DNA of 64,000 bases from the NCBI GenBank assembly GCA_963850305.1, contig CAWKKR010000004.1, positions 32,001 to 96,000 of the forward strand, given 5' to 3'. The DNA is from an uncultured delta proteobacterium (GTDB taxonomy: Bacteria > Myxococcota_A > Polyangia > Polyangiales > Polyangiaceae). The position numbers and the translations under genes were made by a program. A model generated the notes under the pieces. That model made no database searches and had not been told where the DNA came from. It saw only the letters and a list, made by a program, of their open reading frames with translations. Of the stretch, positions 21,076 through 28,595 are shown in pieces. How positions within the stretch are numbered: position 1 is the first letter of the stretch; the number at the start of each line of letters is the position of its first letter.

Positions 21076-22924
21076 GCGGCGACCAGGAGCACAGATGTCC
21101 GAGCGCGCTGACCACGATGCGGTTCTTGGTGGCGATCGGGAAGCTCAGGCTCGGGACGCCGTCGCAGGTGGCCCCGGTCGTGACGAAGACCACTTTCCCG
21201 GTGTCGCCGTCGACGGCCTCGAGCTGCGAGCCGTTGATGAACCAGACGAGGGCGTTGTCGCTGACACCATCGGTCGTCGTCGAGATCGGCGGATAATTCC
21301 GGTGACCGCCGCCGCTACCGGCGGCGCACCAGACCTCAGTCGCGATGGGCGTCTGTCCGGGCTGGATCCAGGTCGAGATGATCGCTTCCTGCGTGCCCGG
21401 TCCCTTGCCCGGGCAATTCGCCGGGTCAGTGCCCACGTTGATCGCCGCGTGGAGGCCGGAGGCAGACGTGTACACCGTCGGCGCCGTGTAAACCGATTCC
21501 GCGGTCGTGCTCGCTACGACGAGCTCGGCGAGCGCTCCGCCGGGTTTGGGATAGATCCCGCCGCTGAGGTTCGTGCCATCCAGGAAGAAGAGGCGCCCCG
21601 CCTTCGCCGGTGCGACGACGAGGCTCGGCGGATTCGAGCCGGGTGGCAGGGGCACGTACGCGGGAGTCGACGCGCCGAAGTCGAGATCGCCAGCCGGCCT
21701 GTCCCAGCTCTGCCACTCGGTCGGTACGAAGACACTGGCCGCGTTGCGAGTGAACTGCGCGAGCCCCGACAGACGCATCACTTCTTCGGAATCCGAGACA
21801 TTGCGCGCGAGGGCCGTGGTGTCGCCCGTCACGCCGAAGACGTAATTGCAGTCGGACGCGAGCCCTCCGGAGCCCCAGATCCCGGAACGGGCGCTCTGCG
21901 TCGTCCACCCGGCGACGCGCGAGGGGTTCGTCGTGTCAACCGCGATGATCCAGCCGCGATACGTACCGCCGTCGCCATACTGACCTCCGAACGGGATGTA
22001 GAGGATGCCGTTCAGGAGAAGGGACGCGCCGTGCTGGTTCTGGTCCGACGAATTGAAGGATTGCGTGCCGGAACTCACCGTCGTCTTCGACAGCGTCACA
22101 GGCCAGCCCCCGGTGGTCACTTCCGCGCCATTGTCGACGGACAGCGCGTGTACGACGTGTGGATTGCCTCCCGTGACGACGAACAGCCGCCGCGTCCCGG
22201 AGTCGATGACCGGCGTGCCCCGGATCCCGTCGCCGCCGGTCGCGACCTGCGCGGTCCACACCGCGAGCCCCGTCGTTTCATCGAAGGCCACGACGTTCGG
22301 ATTCGAGCCGAGCGCGGGGAACGCGAAGAAGAGCCCGCTCCCCGCGGCGCGCGCCGTGGCGGCGCAGCCGGTCGCGCCGGACGGGCAACCCGCCGTCGAT
22401 GGACCTTCTTCCAGGTACAACACAGAGGCCGTTCCCTGGTTGTCCATGCTGCCGTTCGCGGGGAATGTCGCGTTGTCGTCGAAGGTGCTGTCCGGCGCCA
22501 TCGTCTTCGCCGCCGCCACCGTGAGATCCGGCGCGTCGAACGTCGCGCGTCGATAGAGATCGTGGCCGCGCTGGAGCACCGAGAACGAAGCGGCGTCCGT
22601 CGCCGGGCATTCGGGGATCGTTCCGGCGCCGCCGCTGCTGGCGCCACCGCTGCTCGCGCCACCGTTGCTCGCGCCGCCGTTGCTCGCGCCGCCGCCGCCG
22701 CCGCCGACGCCCGCGGCTGCGCCACCCTCTTCGTTGCCGCCGTCGACCCCCTTTCCCGCGCCGGCAGTTCCGCCGTTCGTGCTCTCACCGCCGGTTCCAC
22801 CGTGCCCACCGGAGCCACAGGCGATGAGCAACGCCGCACCGAGCCAGAACACGCCGAGCGACGGCGGCGCGCGCCCGTCGCTGCGAGACCATCCGCCTTT
22901 CGTCACCCAGCCGCGCCGCGCCAT
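21065..22924 (-). CDS. PQQ-like beta-propeller lipoprotein with a Gly-rich linker
   Basis: Lipobox LIAC; AFDETTG..VW, IRGTPVID, HALSVDNG, GIWGSGG, DLDFG, AVDGDTG. Confidence 0.75.
   Translation of the reverse strand: MARRGWVTKGGWSRSDGRAPPSLGVFWLGAALLIACGSGGHGGTGGESTNGGTAGAGKGVDGGNEEGGAAAGVGGGGGGASNGGASNGGASSGGASSGGAGTIPECPATDAASFSVLQRGHDLYRRATFDAPDLTVAAAKTMAPDSTFDDNATFPANGSMDNQGTASVLYLEEGPSTAGCPSGATGCAATARAAGSGLFFAFPALGSNPNVVAFDETTGLAVWTAQVATGGDGIRGTPVIDSGTRRLFVVTGGNPHVVHALSVDNGAEVTTGGWPVTLSKTTVSSGTQSFNSSDQNQHGASLLLNGILYIPFGGQYGDGGTYRGWIIAVDTTNPSRVAGWTTQSARSGIWGSGGLASDCNYVFGVTGDTTALARNVSDSEEVMRLSGLAQFTRNAASVFVPTEWQSWDRPAGDLDFGASTPAYVPLPPGSNPPSLVVAPAKAGRLFFLDGTNLSGGIYPKPGGALAELVVASTTAESVYTAPTVYTSASGLHAAINVGTDPANCPGKGPGTQEAIISTWIQPGQTPIATEVWCAAGSGGGHRNYPPISTTTDGVSDNALVWFINGSQLEAVDGDTGKVVFVTTGATCDGVPSLSFPIATKNRIVVSALGHLCSWSPHGT
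22626..22705 (-). repeat. Four 15-nt tandem repeats plus a GGC run encoding a (GGAS[N/S])n linker
   Basis: gcgcc[g/a]ccg[c/t]tgct[g/c] x4, read directly from the sequence. Confidence 0.8.
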
Positions 22925-23121
22925 GGAACGTGGCGAGAGTATCATACCCTCCTCGCACGGGAACGCACGACGACAATCTGCGCGCGTGTAGGTCTCTCCG
23001 GACGCCGCCGTGTGTCAGTGACGCTCGCGCGACCGGTCCTTGTCGGATGCCGGCGACGGTGGATAACATGATGCTGTCGCTCGTTGGCGCTTCTCAGTTT
23101 CACCTGAAAGGACCATCCACG

Positions 23122-25731
23122 ATGTCGAACATGTGGGCGCACCGGTTCGGTCTCATGGGCAAGGCCGCGATCGCGCTCCTCTGGCTCACCGGCTGCGGTA
23201 ATTCGCAATCCGTCAGCGGCGGCGAAAACCAGGGCCACCCCGATGGTGGCGCCGCGTGCAACCCGAGCTGCGGCGAAAACGCGACCTGTGTGAGCAACGC
23301 CTGCGTCTGCTCCGCCGGCTACACGGGCGACGGGGTGACCTGCACCGGGGCCGCATGCCCGGCTCTCGCCGTGACGAATGGCACTGTCAGCCTCGCGGGT
23401 AGCGGCACTTACGGCGACATCGCAACGTACTCGTGCAACAGCGGCTTCACGCTGAGTGGGAGCAGCACCCGCTCGTGTCAGGCGGACACGACGTGGAGCG
23501 GCACTGCTCCCACCTGCAACGCGAGCTCGGGGCCGTGTTCGACCGCACCGTGCGTCCACGGCACATGCACCGAGTCCGGCACGACGTACTCGTGTGCCTG
23601 TGACGCCGGCTTTGCCGGCACCAATTGCGACCAGGGCGACCGCGACGGCCAGGCGGTGGCGTGCTCGGATCCGGTGACTCTGGCGAACGGCACGATCGCT
23701 CCTGCAAGCGTGGCGCCGAACGAGAGCCTGACGTACGCGTGCAACGCGGGCTTCACGCTGAACGGTTCCGCGACGCGCACCTGCAACGCGGACGGAACGC
23801 TCACGGGCACTGCGCCCACCTGCACCGCCGTGTCGTGCAGCGCGACCGCACCGACGAATGGCAGCGTCGACGCGACGACCACGACGTACGGCCTGACCGT
23901 CACGTATTCCTGTGACGCGGGCTATACACTTTCGGGCACCGCAACGCGCACTTGCAACGCGGACGGGACCCTGTCCGACGTCGCGCCGACCTGCATGCCG
24001 GTAACGTGCGCGGGTGTGGTGGCACCGGCGAACGGCGCGCTGTCTGCCACGTCCGCAACGCTCGGCAATGCGGTGACCTACACCTGCACCGCGGGCTACA
24101 CGCTCGCCGGCAACGCTTCGCGGACATGTCAGGCGGTCGGCACGTTCAGCGGTTCGGATCCGACGTGCGATCCGGTCGACTGCGGCGCGCTGACGGCCCC
24201 GGCTCACGGCGCCGTGGTTGCGGCGACGACGACGTTCGGCGCGACCGCGACGTACTCGTGCAACGCGAATTATGCGCTCGCTGGCGCCTCGACGCGCATG
24301 TGCCAGGCGGATACGGCTTGGTCCGGCGCCGCGCCGACGTGTGATCTGGTGACGACGGGATGCACGTCGGACCCGTGCAAGAATGGCGGGACGTGTTCGA
24401 CGTCGGGGGCGAGCGGATTCACGTGCGCGTGCGCGACGGGCTGGACCGGCAGCGACTGCGGTTCACCCGTGACGTGCTCCGGCGCGACGGCGCCGGCGAA
24501 CGGCGGCGTGAGCGCAAGCTCGGCGAACTACAACGGTACCGTCACTTACAGCTGCGACCCCGGCTACACGATGACCGGAACCACGACGCGCACCTGTCAG
24601 GCGAGCGGTGCATTCACCGGCACGGCTCCGACTTGCAAAGCAGTGGACTGCGGCGCGCTGACGGCGCCGCCCAACGGCGGCGTGACGACCCCGAACGGCA
24701 CGCTCTTCGGCGCGACCGCGACGTACACGTGCAGCACCGGCTTCGGGCTCAGTGGCACCGCAACTCGGACCTGCCAGGCGGCGGCCTCGTGGAGCGGCGC
24801 CGCTCCGACGTGCGTCGCGACGGCTCCGACCTACTGCGACGTCGTGTACGGCATGACGAACGGCGCCACGGATTACGGCACCTTCCACCTCTACAACAAC
24901 TCCATCATCGCGATCGACAAGCAGCCGACGATTGGACACAACACGCTCCTTCCAGAGTACGGGAACACGCCCACGTACACGACCATGCCGACGCCGTTCA
25001 CGACGGCGGCATATCCGTCCGGCTGGTTCCGGCTTCGCTACACGGCGAACGCGGCCGGAACGGCGCCCGCCGCGGGCCCGGTCTCCTTCATAGAGATGTA
25101 TGCGCCCGCGGACGTGTCGGGCCTCGCGCTCGCGCTGGGGTTGACCGTCCGCATCTCCGTGGACGCTTCGGCTGGTCTCCTGCAAACGACGACGACCGGC
25201 TGCGCCGGCGGTGCAGCGCGGTGCCTGGCCCTGGACGGCACGGGTTCGCCGCAGTTCCTTTCCGCCGCGAACCGCTGTCAGTCGCTCGCAACCGGTGTGC
25301 TCTCGGGCAATACCATCACGTGGGATGCTTGCAGCATCGCCGCGCCCGCGGGCACGACGGGCACGCCCTCCACCGCGCAGCTCACTTTCACGCCAGCGAT
25401 GTCGGTCGCCAAGGCGGCTCCGGCGGATCCAGGCTGCGCGAGAAACATGACCGTGTGGGGCGGGGTTGCTTGCACGGCGGGAGGTCTCCCCGGCTGCGGG
25501 GCTGCGGGCACACTGTCGACGGCGCCCATCGACACGGTGTGGGATGAAAACTTTCCGCCCACGACTCTCTCGTCGACGACGTACTCGACCGCAACGGCGA
25601 CGATCCCCGAGTTCATCATTCCCGACAGCGACGCGAACACTTACACGGGGGCGCGTGTGACCAACGCCGCCGTCGTCAAGGTCGAGTGCGGCACCGTCGC
25701 AAGCGGGAACCTCACGTGCGACGATCAGTGA
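23122..25731 (+). CDS. Lipoprotein with 3 EGF-like and 7 Sushi/CCP repeats and an unassigned C-terminal domain
   Basis: AAGGA RBS, lipobox LTGC; repeats C..P.NG...ATY.C..G[YF].L.G...R.C...W/.SG..P.C; EGF such as CTSDPCKNGGTC...CACATGWTGSDC. Confidence 0.88.
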   Translation: MSNMWAHRFGLMGKAAIALLWLTGCGNSQSVSGGENQGHPDGGAACNPSCGENATCVSNACVCSAGYTGDGVTCTGAACPALAVTNGTVSLAGSGTYGDIATYSCNSGFTLSGSSTRSCQADTTWSGTAPTCNASSGPCSTAPCVHGTCTESGTTYSCACDAGFAGTNCDQGDRDGQAVACSDPVTLANGTIAPASVAPNESLTYACNAGFTLNGSATRTCNADGTLTGTAPTCTAVSCSATAPTNGSVDATTTTYGLTVTYSCDAGYTLSGTATRTCNADGTLSDVAPTCMPVTCAGVVAPANGALSATSATLGNAVTYTCTAGYTLAGNASRTCQAVGTFSGSDPTCDPVDCGALTAPAHGAVVAATTTFGATATYSCNANYALAGASTRMCQADTAWSGAAPTCDLVTTGCTSDPCKNGGTCSTSGASGFTCACATGWTGSDCGSPVTCSGATAPANGGVSASSANYNGTVTYSCDPGYTMTGTTTRTCQASGAFTGTAPTCKAVDCGALTAPPNGGVTTPNGTLFGATATYTCSTGFGLSGTATRTCQAAASWSGAAPTCVATAPTYCDVVYGMTNGATDYGTFHLYNNSIIAIDKQPTIGHNTLLPEYGNTPTYTTMPTPFTTAAYPSGWFRLRYTANAAGTAPAAGPVSFIEMYAPADVSGLALALGLTVRISVDASAGLLQTTTTGCAGGAARCLALDGTGSPQFLSAANRCQSLATGVLSGNTITWDACSIAAPAGTTGTPSTAQLTFTPAMSVAKAAPADPGCARNMTVWGGVACTAGGLPGCGAAGTLSTAPIDTVWDENFPPTTLSSTTYSTATATIPEFIIPDSDANTYTGARVTNAAVVKVECGTVASGNLTCDDQ

Positions 25732-25760
25732 GCCCAGGGCGACCCTCGGCGCGCGGAGAC

Positions 25761-26438
25761 TCACCTTCGACCGAGGAGTAGTCGGTTCTTCGGCGTGATC
25801 GCGTCCGGGATCCGCTGGGTGAACACCTGGTAGCCCGCGGCGCGGAGACGGACGGCGCGGGTGACGTCGATGGCAAGCGTCACGTCGAGCCATCCGTCCA
25901 TGCCGCCCGTGTCGCACTTGGCGGTCGCGTGGCAGCACGGCAGGACCGCCACGCGCGCGCCCACGGCCATGGCCTTCGTCAAGACTTCGTCGGTGAGTGC
26001 GCCGCACGCGTGCGCGGACACGACGACGTCCGACGGCAGGATCTCGACATCCGCGATGGCTCCCTCCACGAGCGTGACGCGGCCCGCGAGCCGCGGCCAT
26101 TCAGCCGTGATGGCCGCCGCGACTTTCCGGGCGCTGATGGGGATGCGCGTGTCCACGGCGAGCGCGGATTCCGAAGTGGCATCGATGAGCAGCATCAGCT
26201 GCGCGAGCAGACCGTGACCACACGCGAGATCGACGACGCGCCCTCCACGAAACCGCCGGCGCGTGCGGCGCGCCACTTCCCAAGCCTCGAAGAGCTCCTT
26301 GCGCGGGATGCAACGCGCCGCCGCGAGTGTCCGGGCGACGTGATGAAACAGGCTGGCTTCGGGGAACCGCTCGACGTCCCGAGGGCCGAGCCGCGCGCGG
26401 CTCGACGGATCGTAGCTGGGGCCGCGCGTTGCTGCCAT
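25761..26438 (-). CDS. SAM-dependent methyltransferase
   Basis: VVDLACGHG, HACGALTD, LPCCH, TPKNRLL. Confidence 0.85.
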   Translation of the reverse strand: MAATRGPSYDPSSRARLGPRDVERFPEASLFHHVARTLAAARCIPRKELFEAWEVARRTRRRFRGGRVVDLACGHGLLAQLMLLIDATSESALAVDTRIPISARKVAAAITAEWPRLAGRVTLVEGAIADVEILPSDVVVSAHACGALTDEVLTKAMAVGARVAVLPCCHATAKCDTGGMDGWLDVTLAIDVTRAVRLRAAGYQVFTQRIPDAITPKNRLLLGRR

Positions 26439-26464
26439 CGTCCGTTCCATTATGCTCGCACGTA

Positions 26465-28258
26465 ATGCCTGATCATTCGGACGAGAACGCATCCACGCCC
26501 GCGGTCGCTCCGTCGATAGGGCAGATCACACCTCGCACCCTGCACGACTTCCGGCAAGAGCTCACGGTAGGCGAGGACGTCGTCAATCCAGCGACGTGGA
26601 CGGGCTCCATTCCAGCCGCCTTCGGGATCGCCCCTCGGGTACGGATCGGCGCAAACCGATGGCTCAACCTGCTCTGGCTGCTCCCCATCGGGTTCGTGAC
26701 CTTGATCGCGACAATCGCCGTGGCGAAAGGGCTCCGCGGGTTGCCGGCCATCCAGCAGTTCATTTTCCGACATCCAGGGGCCGGTTTCGCCACATCCTTC
26801 TCCACCGCGATGCCGGCATGGCTGCGAGTTCAGCACTTCCTGAACTTGTTTTTCATGATCTTCATCATCCGCTCCGGCCTGCAGATCCTGGCCGACCATC
26901 CCCGGCTCTACTGGACCCGACACTCGACACCCGGACGCGAGTGGTTCCGCATGCAGAAGCAGGTGCCGGACGTCCCGCTCTGGACGGCAAAGCAGGACTC
27001 CATCACCTTGCCGAGGCACATCGGTCTGCCGGGCCTCCGCCATTCGATCGGGCTGGCGCGCTGGTGGCACCTCGGCATCGACGTGCTCTGGCTCGCCAAC
27101 GGGATCGTCCTTTACGTACTGCTGTTTGCGACCGGAGAATGGCACCGTCTCGTCCCGACGAGCTGGCAGGTGTTCCCCGACGCCGCGTCGGTCCTGGTGC
27201 AGTACCTCTCTCTGCACTGGCCCACCGACAACGGCTGGGTTTCCTACAACGGACTGCAGAGCATCGCCTACTTCATCACCGTGTTCGTGGCCGCGCCGCT
27301 CGCGCTGGTGACCGGACTCGGGATGTCGCCCGCGCTCTCCACTCGGTTCAAGCGCCTGAGCAAGCCACTCAGCATACAGGTAGCGCGCTCGCTGCACTTC
27401 CTCGTCCTGTGCTGGTTTCTCTTCTTCATCGTCGTCCACGTCACGTTGGTCTTCACCACGGGCGCGCTTCGAAACCTGAACCATATCTACGCGGGCAGCG
27501 ACAGCAGCGACTGGGTCGGGCTCGGCCTGTTTGCGGCTTCGATGGCGGTGGTCGCGGTCGCCTGGGTCGCCGCGACCCCCGTGACCTTGCGACATCCGAA
27601 CTGGGTGCGGCGGATCGGTTTCGCCCTGATCGGTCCGGTGCAGCGCCTGTTCGAGCACGCGGATTCGAGACCCGGTGAATACACCGAGAAAGATATCTCG
27701 CCGTACTTCTGGCACAACGGGAAGTATCCCGATTCGGCCGAGTACCGGACCCTCTTCGACGGTCAGTTCGCGAACTATCGGCTCCAAGTCGGCGGGCTCG
27801 TCGAGAACCCGGTCGAGCTGAAGATGGACCAACTCCGCGCCCTGCCGCATCATGAACAGATCACCCAGCACTTCTGCATCCAGGGCTGGTCAGGCGTCGC
27901 GAAATGGGGCGGCGTCTCGATGCAAACCATCCTCGATCTGGTCAAGCCGAAGCCGGAGGCGAAGTGGGTGGTGTTCTATTCGCTCGGGGACGGCCCCGAC
28001 CAGGGCCCCTATTACGACGCGCACCCCATCGAGCAGATGAGTTACCGACTGACGATGCTGGCTTACGACATGAACGACCAGCCGCTGACGTACGGGCACG
28101 GAGCGCCGATTCGCCTGCGCAACGAGGTTCAGCTCGGCTTCAAGCAGGTGAAATGGATCGCCGGAATCGAGTTCGTCGCCCACTACGCCGGGATCGGCGG
28201 TGGGCAGGGCGGATACAACGAAGACCACGAGTTCTTCGGGTATCGACAGTCGATCTGA
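26465..28258 (+). CDS. Membrane cytochrome b domain fused to a sulfite-oxidase-family molybdopterin oxidoreductase
   Basis: TM His residues (QHFLN, RWWH, RSLHF, VVHV), YNGLQ; HFCIQGWS, HGAPIRL, GFKQVKWI. Confidence 0.88.
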   Translation: MPDHSDENASTPAVAPSIGQITPRTLHDFRQELTVGEDVVNPATWTGSIPAAFGIAPRVRIGANRWLNLLWLLPIGFVTLIATIAVAKGLRGLPAIQQFIFRHPGAGFATSFSTAMPAWLRVQHFLNLFFMIFIIRSGLQILADHPRLYWTRHSTPGREWFRMQKQVPDVPLWTAKQDSITLPRHIGLPGLRHSIGLARWWHLGIDVLWLANGIVLYVLLFATGEWHRLVPTSWQVFPDAASVLVQYLSLHWPTDNGWVSYNGLQSIAYFITVFVAAPLALVTGLGMSPALSTRFKRLSKPLSIQVARSLHFLVLCWFLFFIVVHVTLVFTTGALRNLNHIYAGSDSSDWVGLGLFAASMAVVAVAWVAATPVTLRHPNWVRRIGFALIGPVQRLFEHADSRPGEYTEKDISPYFWHNGKYPDSAEYRTLFDGQFANYRLQVGGLVENPVELKMDQLRALPHHEQITQHFCIQGWSGVAKWGGVSMQTILDLVKPKPEAKWVVFYSLGDGPDQGPYYDAHPIEQMSYRLTMLAYDMNDQPLTYGHGAPIRLRNEVQLGFKQVKWIAGIEFVAHYAGIGGGQGGYNEDHEFFGYRQSI

Positions 28259-28307
28259 CACAAAACGGAGGCCCCTCTCCGCCACCTTCGATCTTGCCGA
28301 GACGCAC

Positions 28308-28511
28308 TCAACCTTCGGCCGAAGCCCCGACGCGCCACAACGACCTGACCTTCTCGTGCGTTTCAGCGCCGGCGTCGATCACCCGCTCGGCGTGCGGATC
28401 ACAGAGCCGAACGATGCGATCCTGCAGGATGAGCGGCCGAGGGCGTCGCGACGGGTCCTTCGTTCGGTACGCTTCCGGCAACGCCGCGCAGACTTCGCAG
28501 ATCTGGGCCAT
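28308..28511 (-). CDS. Small hypothetical protein with CxxC...CxxH
   Basis: 67-aa ORF with CEVC and CDPH, filling an intergenic gap. Confidence 0.35.
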   Translation of the reverse strand: MAQICEVCAALPEAYRTKDPSRRPRPLILQDRIVRLCDPHAERVIDAGAETHEKVRSLWRVGASAEG

Positions 28512-28595
28512 AGGATGACCTTTTCCGGCTTCCGCCGAAATGGGCCAAGAAGATTGCGAGCGGCACCTGCACGGCGCGGACCGCCAGGGTAAGCC

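Noticed and set aside
23350..24815. About 170-nt periodic repeats as a possible CRISPR or non-coding array
   Set aside because: Degenerate, in-frame, and explained by Sushi protein domains
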